From positions 564 through 64,563 of the IMG/VR virus record IMGVR_UViG_3300044648_000098: a DNA stretch of 64,000 bases; one strand, 5' to 3'. Origin of the DNA: a virus. Lineage: Duplodnaviria; Caudoviricetes. Position 1 is the stretch's first letter. The number at the start of each line of letters is the position of its first letter. Shown piece after piece: positions 36,958 to 46,548 of the stretch. Under the pieces are notes generated by a model. The model saw nothing but the letters and a program-made list of their open reading frames with translations. It had not been told where the DNA came from and searched no databases. A program made the position numbers and the translations under genes.

Positions 36958-37250
36958 GCCGGCACCTCTTCACCCATCGGCACGGTGTCGGCCCACTCAG
37001 CAACCTGATTGGAATGGACGCTCTGTGGCCAGATCCTCGCCTCAGCGAACTCGCCCATCTTGTCGGCGTCTGGGTAGTGCTTCCTCGCCAATTCGGCGAC
37101 GCGGGCCTCGAACTCCGCAAGCATCAAAGGTTGCTGCTCGGGAGGGAACTCCGTGACATCCAGGCCGATGATGGTCGGTTGGAAGTCCAGCGGCTTGAGC
37201 TCGTCCAGGCGGCGGCGGAGTTTGTAGAGGTGGGTGCTGAGGGTGGACAT
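36954..37250 (-). CDS. Hypothetical protein
   Basis: AAGGA RBS, coupled ORF. Confidence 0.55.
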   Translation of the reverse strand: MSTLSTHLYKLRRRLDELKPLDFQPTIIGLDVTEFPPEQQPLMLAEFEARVAELARKHYPDADKMGEFAEARIWPQSVHSNQVAEWADTVPMGEEVPA

Positions 37251-37270
37251 GGCGGTTCCTTCGAGGTGGG

Positions 37271-37657
37271 TCACTCGCCGGCCTTGGAGGTGGCGGCGAT
37301 CAGCCGCTCCATCCGCTGGGATGAGGCGAGGAGTTGGGAGCGGAGTTCGTTGGACTGGCGGAGCAGTTCGGCAAGCTCGTCGCGCGGGTCAGTCGGGGTC
37401 GGGTCGGAGTAGCCGATGTCCGTGGCCAGGAACTCCATGACGCCGTGGAAGCCCTTGCCGTGGCCCATGCGCATGAGGAGGACCAATTGCTCAGGGCTCA
37501 GGCGCTCGGGCTTGTCCTCGTTCAGGCAGGCGAGGAGGTGGCGCTGTGCGGCCTCCATCGTCTTTTCCGGCCAGAGCTTGTGGCCCACTTGCTTGCTCCC
37601 GCCGCAGGCCTTCACGCAGGCGATCAGCGCCTCGTTGATGGACTCGAACTTATCCAT
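37271..37657 (-). CDS. CII-like regulator
   Basis: ALIACVKACGGSKQVG..LWPEK...ERLSPEQ; position after cro. Confidence 0.65.
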   Translation of the reverse strand: MDKFESINEALIACVKACGGSKQVGHKLWPEKTMEAAQRHLLACLNEDKPERLSPEQLVLLMRMGHGKGFHGVMEFLATDIGYSDPTPTDPRDELAELLRQSNELRSQLLASSQRMERLIAATSKAGE

Positions 37658-37958
37658 GGCGACCCCCCTTCAGGCCGGGGCGTTCCTCACGGTTCCCAAA
37701 ACCAAACTGCGTTTGGGAAGCGTTGGGAATGACAGCGACCGGGCAAAAAAAACACACTTGAGCCATCGCAACTTCACGAGGAATCAAGGTGGACAAGAAG
37801 CAGCAGCCCGACGAATCAACGAAGGCCTGGGCACAGCGCCAAGTGCGCGAGATGCTCGAGCGCTGCATGCGCGGTGAGGAGCAGCGGGTGAAGGCCGACG
37901 CCGCAGCGGTGGCAGCGGCAAAACGCCGGCTGGGGCTGAAGTGATCGGCTCGCATGGC

Positions 37959-38231
37959 TCAGCCCTCGTGCGTGGCCGGCACCTTGGGGGCACCGTCTTG
38001 GCCGATGAGGTCGGGCCAGATTTCAAACCAGTCGTCGGGGCGCAGATCCCAGCGCATCACGGCGCCGCCGGTGGCCTCTTCGATCGCATACGCGAACTTC
38101 GGGGAGGGCTTGCGGTTGGCGTACCGGTGACGCCACTGGCGGATCTGGATGTCGCTCTTGACGCCGATCTTTTCTCGGAGTTGCGACACCGTCAGCGCAC
38201 CCGGCGAAGTGAGGTAGTTGTGCAGGTCCAT
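37959..38231 (-). CDS. cro: Cro-like (YdaS) HTH repressor
   Basis: AIEEATGGAVMRWDLRPDDWFEIWPDL; divergent from cI. Confidence 0.85.
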   Translation of the reverse strand: MDLHNYLTSPGALTVSQLREKIGVKSDIQIRQWRHRYANRKPSPKFAYAIEEATGGAVMRWDLRPDDWFEIWPDLIGQDGAPKVPATHEG

Positions 38232-38240
38232 GGGCACAAC

Positions 38241-38316
38241 TGTAGCACCCGCTACAGGCAAGGTGCGATTGCAACTTCCTATGGCTGTAGCTTTAGCAAT
38301 AGGAGCGGGCGCTACT
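38241..38316. promoter_or_regulatory. OR operators and pR
   Basis: Palindrome TGTAGC-N4-GCTACA at 38241-38256, variant at 38301-38316; extended -10 TGcTACAGT 7 nt before the cro ATG (near-leaderless). Confidence 0.75.
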
Positions 38317-38324
38317 CTACGAGC

Positions 38325-39200
38325 ATGAACATGGAAGCACTTCAGAAATATCGGCGCGAGCGCTTGGCAGAGGCGGCCAAGAAGGCCGGCTCGAACACGG
38401 CGCTGGGTAAGCTGCTCGGGTACTTCGACGGCGCCTACATCGGCCAGATGCTGCGGGGCGACCGGCCCATCACTGAAGACACGGTCTTCAAGCTAGAGGC
38501 CAAGACCGGGTTCCGCGGGTGGTTCACCCTTATGGGGGAGTCCGCAGGGTACGCCCCTACAGGCTCAGAGGATGAGCCAGTAAAAAGTGCAGCAGATTTA
38601 ACCCCGGGAGGTGTCGAGCTGACGTACTCTGGACGGCCACAATATCTAGGGGTGGCTCCAGTGAACGGCATTGCACGAGTGAACGAAGAGGGGTTCTTCC
38701 AGGCGGAACACTTCCAGGCGAGGCAAGGGGGCTGGGTGCCGAGCTTCAGCGCGAATCCGGGGACGTATGCGCTGCTGGTCAAAGGGGACGGGCTCGCGCC
38801 TGTCTATGAAAGCGGGCAGTACCTGCTCATCGAGCCAGGTGCCGCGGTTCATCCTGGCGAGCGCGTGCTGCTCACCTTCAAAGACGGCCGCCAGGCGATC
38901 CGCCGGCTCCTCTTTCAGCGCCCTGACGAGGTATCCGTCACGAGCGTGACGAAGGTGGAGCCGCAGACCATTGAGGTTCGGGACATCGCAGCAATGGACC
39001 CCATCTTTGGCGTTATCGAGGCGAGCCGGTGGATGGCCGAGCTTCCTGGGGTCAAGCGTGGCGACGAAGCAGCCACGGGACAGCATGACGCCTCGGAGCT
39101 GCCGCCGGCCGCAGCGCCCCGCCCGAGCCGCTACGTCAAGAGCCAGAACATGGGTGCAGCTGCGAGGGCCAAGCCTGTCAGCAAGAAGAGGTCTGCATGA
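38325..39200 (+). CDS. cI: CI-like repressor: HTH plus S24 domain with degenerate active site
   Basis: N-terminal HTH (YIGQMLRGDRPITE); YALLVKGDGLAP and QAIRRL where GDSM and VKRL are expected. Confidence 0.85.
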   Translation: MNMEALQKYRRERLAEAAKKAGSNTALGKLLGYFDGAYIGQMLRGDRPITEDTVFKLEAKTGFRGWFTLMGESAGYAPTGSEDEPVKSAADLTPGGVELTYSGRPQYLGVAPVNGIARVNEEGFFQAEHFQARQGGWVPSFSANPGTYALLVKGDGLAPVYESGQYLLIEPGAAVHPGERVLLTFKDGRQAIRRLLFQRPDEVSVTSVTKVEPQTIEVRDIAAMDPIFGVIEASRWMAELPGVKRGDEAATGQHDASELPPAAAPRPSRYVKSQNMGAAARAKPVSKKRSA

Positions 39201-39454
39201 GGCATCTGCAGCTCGTCACCCAGTCCGTCTCGCGCGATGCAGAGGAGTGCGCCGCCACGCTCTTGGACCGCATCCGCCGTGGCGACATCCAGGGTCTCGC
39301 CTTCGTGGCCTTGATGCCGAGGCGGCGCTACTTCACCGGCGTGTGCGGCGAGTGCACCGAGGACCCGACCGGCGTGCGCGGGGCAATCCTCGCGCTCGAT
39401 GATGAGATGCGCGAGCTGGTGCACGGTGCCGGCTTTGACGACACGACTTTTTAA
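39197..39454 (+). CDS. Hypothetical protein co-transcribed with cI
   Basis: ATGA coupling; RGDIQGLAFVAL motif. Confidence 0.7.
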   Translation: MRHLQLVTQSVSRDAEECAATLLDRIRRGDIQGLAFVALMPRRRYFTGVCGECTEDPTGVRGAILALDDEMRELVHGAGFDDTTF

Positions 39455-39465
39455 CGAGAGGACCC

Positions 39466-39864
39466 ATGCGAGCCATCACCCTGACCCTTGCCGTCGCTGC
39501 GATCGTCGCCGGCTGCGCCACGCAACCTCCTCCGCCCCCGCCGGCCCAGATCACCACGCTGCCACCGACGTGCATCACACCGCGGCACTGCGAGGCCATG
39601 TGGTTGAAGGCACAGGACGCGGCCGGGCGCGTGACCGGCATGCGGCTGCGGCTGTCCGGGCCCGATCGGCTCGAGACGTTCGCTCCCACCACGCAGGGGC
39701 GACTGGGTGCAGTGGTGACGAAGGCCCCGCAGGCTGACGGCGCTTACCAAGTGCGCGCCGAGTTCAGGTGCTATCACGACAACGGCCGCGGCTGCGCGAA
39801 CCAGATCATCACGGCAACGAACCTGTTCAACACCATCGTCGGGCCAAGCGAGCCGCGCCAGTAG
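39466..39864 (+). CDS. Lipoprotein (immunity-region moron)
   Basis: Lipobox IVAG-C, GAGAGG RBS, four further Cys. Confidence 0.75.
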   Translation: MRAITLTLAVAAIVAGCATQPPPPPPAQITTLPPTCITPRHCEAMWLKAQDAAGRVTGMRLRLSGPDRLETFAPTTQGRLGAVVTKAPQADGAYQVRAEFRCYHDNGRGCANQIITATNLFNTIVGPSEPRQ

Positions 39865-39882
39865 CCTACTGTGCGCTCAGCC

Positions 39883-39908
39883 AAGCCCGCCACGTGCGGG
39901 CTTTTTTT
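39883..39908 (+). terminator. Intrinsic terminator of the cI operon
   Basis: AAGCCCGC-cacgt-GCGGGCTT then T tract. Confidence 0.8.
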
Positions 39909-39919
39909 ATGCACCAACC

Positions 39920-40025
39920 TGTAGCATCTGCTCCTTAAATCTATCGCGTCCCGACGCGCGATAGAAAAAACTCTGTTTGCCTGTTGCGGTTGCCACTTGC
40001 ACAAGGCTGTAGCGCCCGCTACATT
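39920..40025 (+). promoter_or_regulatory. OL operators and pL
   Basis: TTGCAC-N17-TACATT (39997-40025) overlapped by TGTAGCgcccGCTACA (40008-40023); variant operator at 39920-39935. Confidence 0.8.
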
Positions 40026-40061
40026 TCTCTCAACGCATCAACGAATGCAAGGAGAGAGCAG

Positions 40062-40457
40062 ATGGACACCGCAACGCAAGTCGCCGACCTGGCGCGCATC
40101 GAGGCCTACCGCGCGACCCTCCGCGCAATCGACTGGTCCTACCAGTATTCCGATGACTACACCGAGCACCGCAAGCATGCGGCGCTGATCGAGCAGGCCA
40201 AGGCCGAGCAGAAGGTCATCGACTCGGATAAGGCGATCTGGAATGAGGTGGCCGCCGCTCGCATTAAGCGCGCGATGGCCGAGCCGGCCGCAGAAGCGCC
40301 GGTCCTCCACGACGTGTGGGTCCGCGGCGTCGGCGGTGTCTACGCCAAGTTCCAGATCACGGCCCCGCCGTCCCAAGCGCTCACCGAAGGCATCCACGCC
40401 GCACGAATCAAGTTCCCCGGTCAGTCGGTGAACGTCAGCGTGAAGGAAGTGCGGTGA
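40062..40457 (+). CDS. First early-left protein (hypothetical)
   Basis: AAGGAG RBS; DWSYQYSDD motif. Confidence 0.7.
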   Translation: MDTATQVADLARIEAYRATLRAIDWSYQYSDDYTEHRKHAALIEQAKAEQKVIDSDKAIWNEVAAARIKRAMAEPAAEAPVLHDVWVRGVGGVYAKFQITAPPSQALTEGIHAARIKFPGQSVNVSVKEVR

Positions 40458-40674
40458 GCGCCGGGAAGCACACGCCGGTGCGGCGTCACGTAGAGCGCGT
40501 GAAGATCGGTAGCAACACGTATGCGGTTGTCTTCTGTGCTGACGGCTCTGTGTCTCGCGTCACGTACACGAACGCCGTGCTCGGCCGCAAGCCGCTGCGT
40601 CAAGACCTGCCACTTGCGCAACAAGCCATCGCGCTCGCCCGCGCCGCTATCGCCAAAGCCACTGGGAGCGCGAC

Positions 40675-40899
40675 ATGAGCGCCGTCTGGTGGTCCGTGGA
40701 GTCCGCCACCGGCTACCTCGGCGAGGCCCCGCGCGACGGCCTGGAGTGGACCCGGCACGGATACCTCAACCGCCCCGGCCTGTGGCGTGTCGCCATCACC
40801 GGATGGGGCGACGCCAACGGCCACCCGGCCGTCATCGACGACTTCGGCAACTTGGTGCAGGTGGAAGCCCCGGCACCGCAACTCGGGAGCATGTCATGA
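40675..40899 (+). CDS. Hypothetical protein
   Basis: Coupled ORF, VIDDFGNLVQV motif. Confidence 0.55.
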   Translation: MSAVWWSVESATGYLGEAPRDGLEWTRHGYLNRPGLWRVAITGWGDANGHPAVIDDFGNLVQVEAPAPQLGSMS

Positions 40900-41090
40900 A
40901 CCTCTTCCAACGCAGCGGCTCGGGCGTCGACCTGGAGCCACTCATCAACGACGACATGGGTCTGCCGCTCGTGCAGATGCGGCATGCCACCGACAAGCCG
41001 CGCATGAAGCCGGTCACGTTGCGCGAGCCGAAGGCATGGCAGTGCGGCCAAGGCCGCGGCCCCTTCGTGACCTACAGCGAGGAGCCGACG

Positions 41091-41618
41091 ATGTCCCCGG
41101 TCTACCGCCGCTTCATCACCTGCCTCGTGGTCATCCTGCTGGTGGTGTTCGCCATCAACATCTTCGCCACGGCGCAGGCCCAGACGGTCGGCCTGCACGT
41201 CGCCAGCGTGCATGTGCCCAGCCGCGACGGCTACGACAACGCCAACGTCGGCGCCTTCTACCGCCACGACAACGGCCTGATGGCGGGCGTGTACCGCAAC
41301 TCGCTGGGCCGCACCTCGGTTTATGGCGCCTACCAGTTCCCGGTCGGGCCGATCGACGTGGCTGTCGGGGTGGTCAGTGGCTACAAGCAGCGGTGCTGGA
41401 CAGAGCAACGCTCAAAGACCGAAGTCTTCAAGGGCGGCGCGGTCGTCACGAAGACATGGGACGAGCAGCAGTGCAAGGGCACCGGCCGGCACGAGTGGAT
41501 GCCGATGGTTGTGCCCTCTTACCGCTTCGGCAGCGTCCTCGGTGTCCACCCGCGCGTGTCCCTCGCCCTTGGCGAGCGCAGCACCGCCATTCACCTCAGC
41601 ATCGAAAGGGATCTGTGA
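41091..41618 (+). CDS. Secreted PagP-like beta-barrel protein
   Basis: GAGGAG RBS, signal peptide ending AQA, HVASVH, NVG, AGVYRNSLGRTSVY, GVVSGY. Confidence 0.6.
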   Translation: MSPVYRRFITCLVVILLVVFAINIFATAQAQTVGLHVASVHVPSRDGYDNANVGAFYRHDNGLMAGVYRNSLGRTSVYGAYQFPVGPIDVAVGVVSGYKQRCWTEQRSKTEVFKGGAVVTKTWDEQQCKGTGRHEWMPMVVPSYRFGSVLGVHPRVSLALGERSTAIHLSIERDL

Positions 41619-41954
41619 TGGAACTCGAACACGAACCGTCCTACGTGGACCACGGCCTGCGCCGCGTCTTCTGGTGGTCCTACATCGCAGTGGTCACCGT
41701 GGCCGCCGCCTCGTTCGCCGCCTACGTTAAGTGGGGGAGCGCGCTGTGATCGTCCACCTGCTGCGCCTGATCCGCGCATGGCTCATCGACTGGACCGTGC
41801 GACAGGACAACGAAGAACTGATGGACCGCTCGCTGGATGGCACCGCCTCCGACGCCTGGGCGTGCCACCTCATGAACGACATCAACCGCCGCCGCGATCG
41901 GGCTGACGGCCTGCGCACCTCGGCGCGCTGAACCACAACACGGAACGAGAGAGC

Positions 41955-42773
41955 ATGAACGCAACCACCTCCCACGAGACTCTGGAACTGGTCGACGCCA
42001 GCCCGGCGCCGAACCGGCCGCCAGCGCTGCAACAGCCCGGCGCGGTCATCGCACAGCAGACGCCACGTGACCTTCTCGCGCTGGCCGTGCACCAAGGCGC
42101 AGCCGTCGAGACGCTCGAGCGGCTCTGGGCCCTTCAGGTGCAGTTCGAGGAGCGCGAGGCGAAGAAGGCATGCGTCGCCGCGATGGCTGCGTTCAAGACC
42201 GAGCCGCTGACCATCTTCAAGCGCAAGGAGGTCGGCTACAAGACAAAGGACGGCGACTTCGTCGGCTACAAGCACGCCGAACTCAGCGACGTGACCGACG
42301 CAGTCGTGCCAGCCATGGCGAAGCACGGGCTCAGCCACCGATGGGACGTGGTGCAGGAACCGAATCGCATCGTCGTGACGTGCATCGTGACGCACAAGGC
42401 GGGGCACTCCATGCAGGTGACGATGGACGCGGCGCCGGACAACTCCGGCAAGAAGAACGCGATCCAGCAGATCGCATCTGCCGTCACCTACCTCCAGCGC
42501 TACACGCTTCTCGCTGTCACTGGCATGTCGACCAGCGGGAACGACGACGACGGCAACAGCGCCGGCAATGGTGAAGGCGCCGGCAACCCGCCGCCCCCGC
42601 CTTCTCCTGACACACCGGCCGCATACCCGCAGGAACGCTTCGAGAAGAACCTGCCGACCTGGCGCAAGACCATCGCCGATGGCGTCAAGACTGCCGACCA
42701 AATCATCGCCTTCGTCGAGAGCAAGTCGCCGCTCACCGACGCCCAGAAGGCCGCCATTCGCAAACCGGAGTAA
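41955..42773 (+). CDS. erf: ERF-family single-strand annealing protein
   Basis: YKHAELSDV, KHGLS, QQIASAVTYLQRYTLLAVTG, DDDG. Confidence 0.88.
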   Translation: MNATTSHETLELVDASPAPNRPPALQQPGAVIAQQTPRDLLALAVHQGAAVETLERLWALQVQFEEREAKKACVAAMAAFKTEPLTIFKRKEVGYKTKDGDFVGYKHAELSDVTDAVVPAMAKHGLSHRWDVVQEPNRIVVTCIVTHKAGHSMQVTMDAAPDNSGKKNAIQQIASAVTYLQRYTLLAVTGMSTSGNDDDGNSAGNGEGAGNPPPPPSPDTPAAYPQERFEKNLPTWRKTIADGVKTADQIIAFVESKSPLTDAQKAAIRKPE

Positions 42774-42775
42774 GC

Positions 42776-44530
42776 ATGCAGACCCACCAACTCGTTCAAG
42801 GCTCGGCCCCGTGGCACGCGCACCGTCGCAACCACTTCAACGCGAGCGACGCGCCGGCCATGATGGGCGTGTCGCCCTACAAGACCCGCAGCGAGCTCAT
42901 CCGCGAACTCGCCACCGGCGTCGGCGCTGAGGTCAGCCCGGCAACGCAGCGAATCTTCGATGACGGCCACCGCTATGAGGCGCTCGCCCGCCCGCTGGCA
43001 GAGGCGATCGTCGGCGAAGACCTCTACCCCGTGGTCGGGACGAAGGGCAAGCTGTCCGCCTCGTTCGACGGAATCACCATGCTGGAGGACAGCGCCTTCG
43101 AGCACAAGAGCTTGAACGACGAGCTCCGCACCGCGATGGTCGACGGCTGCACCGGCGCGGACCTCCCGATGGTCTACCAGGTGCAGATGGAACAGCAGTG
43201 CATGGTGTCGGGCGCCGACCGCGTTCTGTTCATGGCGTCGAAGTGGGACGGCGACACGCTGGTGGAAGAGCGTCACTGCTGGTACTCGCCGAACCCCGAG
43301 CTGGCCGCCCGCATCGATCTGGGCTGGGAACAACTGGAGGCCGACGTCGCCGCCTACGTGCCCGAGGCGTTCGCAGAGCGCGTGACGGCCGCAACGCAGG
43401 ACCACCTGCCCTCGCCCTCGGTGCAACTCACCGGCGCCCTGGCGGTGGTGTCCAACCTCGCCCCGTTCGGCACCGCGCTGCGCGCCTTCGTGGACAAAAT
43501 CCCGAAGAAGCCCAGCACCGACCAGGAGTTCGCCGACACCGAGGCGGCGTGCAAGCGGCTGAAGGATGCCGAGGAGCGACTCCAGGCGGCCGAGGACACC
43601 GCGCTGGCCGGCATGGCAGACGTCGAGACAATGCGCCGCACCGTGGCCGAGCTGCGCGACCTCGCGCGCACCACCCGCCTTGCATCGGAGAAGTTGGTCA
43701 AGGCACGCAAGGAACAGATCCGGGTCGAGGAGGTGCAGCGCGGGCACGCCGCGGTGGCCGAGCACCTCGCCGGCCTGCACAAGCGCCTGGGCGGCGCCTA
43801 CATCAACGGGATGCAGCGGGGCGACTTCGCTGCCGCCATCAAGGGCCTGAAGTCACTGGACAGCCTGCGCAACGCGATCGACACCGAGATTGCCGCCGCG
43901 AAGATCGAGGCCAACCAGGCCGCAGACCGGATCGACGCGAACCTCAAGGCCATCGCCGCAGCCGGCGCGGCCCACCTGTTCAACGACCAGCGCACCCTGG
44001 TGCTCAAGGCACCGGACGACCTGGCGGCGGTGATCGCCCAGCGGCTGGCCGCCGAGCAGCAGCGCGTCGAGGCTGAGCGCGAGCGCATCCGGCAACAGGA
44101 AGCCGCCCGTCTGGAGCGCGAGGCCAAGATCAAGGCCGAGGCCGAAGAGCGCGCAGCGGCCGAGGCTGCGCGCCTTGCGGAGCGCAAGCGCCTGGACGAG
44201 GAATCCACCGCTCAGCGCGCCGCAGCAGCCGAAGCCGAAGCACAGCGCGCACCCGAGCCCGCGATGGCGCTCGCCATGCCGCCGGCCGCCGCCTCCACCT
44301 CCGTGCCGGTGCGCAGCGAGCCGCCCGCGGAACCCGGCCGAGTCATCACCACCGGCCAGGTCTGCAAGTGGCTCGGCTTCGACATCACCGGCGCCGTCGG
44401 CTTCTTCAAGAGCCTGGGCATTGAGCCCCAGGCCGAAGGCGGCAAGGGCACGTTCTGGCACGAGTCAGACCTCTCTGCAATCCGCGACGCGCTGATCGTG
44501 CGCCTCGCCAACCTGAAAGCACCGCAATGA
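42776..44530 (+). CDS. YqaJ/lambda-exonuclease-family protein with coiled-coil tail
   Basis: QGSAPWHAHR..ASDA..MMGVSPYKTR, LSASFDG, FEHK, YQVQMEQQ. Confidence 0.9.
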   Translation: MQTHQLVQGSAPWHAHRRNHFNASDAPAMMGVSPYKTRSELIRELATGVGAEVSPATQRIFDDGHRYEALARPLAEAIVGEDLYPVVGTKGKLSASFDGITMLEDSAFEHKSLNDELRTAMVDGCTGADLPMVYQVQMEQQCMVSGADRVLFMASKWDGDTLVEERHCWYSPNPELAARIDLGWEQLEADVAAYVPEAFAERVTAATQDHLPSPSVQLTGALAVVSNLAPFGTALRAFVDKIPKKPSTDQEFADTEAACKRLKDAEERLQAAEDTALAGMADVETMRRTVAELRDLARTTRLASEKLVKARKEQIRVEEVQRGHAAVAEHLAGLHKRLGGAYINGMQRGDFAAAIKGLKSLDSLRNAIDTEIAAAKIEANQAADRIDANLKAIAAAGAAHLFNDQRTLVLKAPDDLAAVIAQRLAAEQQRVEAERERIRQQEAARLEREAKIKAEAEERAAAEAARLAERKRLDEESTAQRAAAAEAEAQRAPEPAMALAMPPAAASTSVPVRSEPPAEPGRVITTGQVCKWLGFDITGAVGFFKSLGIEPQAEGGKGTFWHESDLSAIRDALIVRLANLKAPQ

Positions 44531-44676
44531 GCGACCTGTTCAGCGACCACGGCCTGTTCGACGGCTGGCCGATTGCAACCGCATGCACCGGATGGCTTGC
44601 CGCGTTCGTCATCACCTTCGGCCGGGTTATCGGCATCCCCTTCGCCCACCTGGGCGTGACCATCGGCTTCTTCTGA

Positions 44677-45141
44677 ATGGACGCGCACATGTTCACTGCT
44701 GCACAGAGTCGTGGCTTCGCCGCCGTCGGCCTTCACCAGCCGAAGTTTGACAGCAACGTCGGCAGCGTGCTCAGGGCGGCGCACTGCTACGGGGCCGCCA
44801 TCGTCGCGCAGACAGGGCGGCGCTACAGCGGCGCCTCGACCGACACCACCCGGGCCTATCGGCACCTGCCGCTGCTCAACGTCGACGACCTGTTCGCCGT
44901 GGTCCCGCACGACTGCGTGCCGGTGGCCGTTGATCTTCTGCCGGACGCGCGGGACATCACCACCTACACGCACCCGGAGCGGGCGTTCTACATCTTTGGC
45001 CCGGAGGACGGGACGCTTGGCCCCGCCATCACGAGCCGCTGCCGTGACCGCATCTTCATCCCGACGGCCTTCTGCATGAACCTCGCCACCGCCGTGAGCG
45101 TCGTGCTCTACGACCGGCACCTCAAGCAATCACGCGGCTGA
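44677..45141 (+). CDS. SpoU/TrmH-family RNA 2'-O-methyltransferase
   Basis: [45 protein letters not shown] motifs. Confidence 0.88.
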   Translation: MDAHMFTAAQSRGFAAVGLHQPKFDSNVGSVLRAAHCYGAAIVAQTGRRYSGASTDTTRAYRHLPLLNVDDLFAVVPHDCVPVAVDLLPDARDITTYTHPERAFYIFGPEDGTLGPAITSRCRDRIFIPTAFCMNLATAVSVVLYDRHLKQSRG

Positions 45142-45161
45142 CCGCGCACACGAGAAACACC

Positions 45162-45701
45162 ATGGCAAGCATCAACAAAGTCATCCTGATCGGCAACCTC
45201 GGCCGCGAGCCGGAGGTGCGCTACACCGCCAACGGCGCGGCCATCTGCAACGTCACGATCGCCACCTCGCGCAACTGGAAGGACAAGACCTCCGGCGAGA
45301 AGATGGAAGAAACCGAGTGGCACCGCGTCGTCTTTTACGACCGCCTGGCCGAGATCGCCGGCGAGTACATGAAGAAGGGCAAGCCGGTGTACGTCGAGGG
45401 CCGCCTCAAGACCCGCAAGTGGACCGACAAGGACGGCGCCGAGAAGTACACGACGGAAATCATCGCCGACAACATGCAGCTGCTCGGCGGGCGCGATGAC
45501 GGCGGCGACCGCCAGGAGCGCGCGCCGGCCGCCCGGCGCACCGCAGCGCCCGCGCCTCGCGCGCAGGGCGGTGGCGGAGGCTCGTCCAGCAAGTCGAGCA
45601 CCGGCTTCGACGACATGGACGACGACATCCCCTTCGCCTCGGCCCACGTCGACGACGAGCCGAACCGCACGAGCGCCCGCCGCATGCGCCGCTACGGCTG
45701 A
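45162..45701 (+). CDS. ssb: Single-stranded DNA-binding protein
   Basis: [14 protein letters not shown]...TEWHRVVF...DDDIPF. Confidence 0.97.
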   Translation: MASINKVILIGNLGREPEVRYTANGAAICNVTIATSRNWKDKTSGEKMEETEWHRVVFYDRLAEIAGEYMKKGKPVYVEGRLKTRKWTDKDGAEKYTTEIIADNMQLLGGRDDGGDRQERAPAARRTAAPAPRAQGGGGGSSSKSSTGFDDMDDDIPFASAHVDDEPNRTSARRMRRYG

Positions 45702-45827
45702 ACCAGTTTCGGGCAGCAATCGGACGACATCCCGCGGGGGCTCTCTCCCTCCTCTCCCCTTCTCCGCGATCGACATTCCGGCCGGCCCTTCGGGGTGCCC
45801 CTTTTCCATAACCCACAGGAGATTCAC

Positions 45828-46367
45828 ATGCTGAACATCAACGAAGACGACCTGAAGCGGGACATCGTGCACCGCGCTGCCGACCAACTCGTGGACGACG
45901 AACACCTGTCGACGCTGGTCGCGAAAGAGGTCAAGTCCCGGGTCGACAAGCTCTTCATCGACCGCGCCGAGGCGCAGATCTCCGCCGCGATCGACGAGGC
46001 GATCAAAGGCGGCTTCGAGCGTGAGTACCAACGCGTCAACTCCTGGGGCGAGGCCGAGGGCGAGAAGACGAGCATCAAGAAGAGGCTCGACGAGTTGGTC
46101 AACGGCTACTGGAACGTCAGTGTCGACAAGTACGGCAAGCCGGCCACCGGCGGGTACGACCGCGCGATGACCCGGGCCGAATGGCTCATGACTCAGATCT
46201 GCGCCAAGGACTTCAGCGACGCCATGAAGCAGAGCGCGACGGACATGACCGGCGCTCTGAAGGACGGCATGCGCAACCAGATGGCGAAGTTCATGGACGA
46301 CCTTCTGGGCAGCCTCTTCCACGTGAAGAGCTTGCAGGACCAGGGCAAGGTCGAGAAGCCCTACTGA
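45828..46367 (+). CDS. Hypothetical protein
   Basis: AGGAG RBS, helical composition. Confidence 0.7.
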   Translation: MLNINEDDLKRDIVHRAADQLVDDEHLSTLVAKEVKSRVDKLFIDRAEAQISAAIDEAIKGGFEREYQRVNSWGEAEGEKTSIKKRLDELVNGYWNVSVDKYGKPATGGYDRAMTRAEWLMTQICAKDFSDAMKQSATDMTGALKDGMRNQMAKFMDDLLGSLFHVKSLQDQGKVEKPY

Positions 46368-46548
46368 GCCACCTTCCAACCAACGGAGTCCCGCATGGAC
46401 CGCAAAGACGTTGCCCTCGCCGCTGTTGTCGTCGTGCTCATGTTCTTGTTCCTGGGCGACCCGGACTTGTTCGACGTGCTGCGTGACGCCGCCATGCGGG
46501 CCTTCTCCCAACCTGGCGCTTGATCGCCGACACCCAGGAATCTTCATC

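Noticed and set aside
38240-38257. LexA box at OR (CTGT...ACAG)
   Set aside because: Spacing is N10 rather than N8, and the same palindrome recurs at OL, so it is the phage operator
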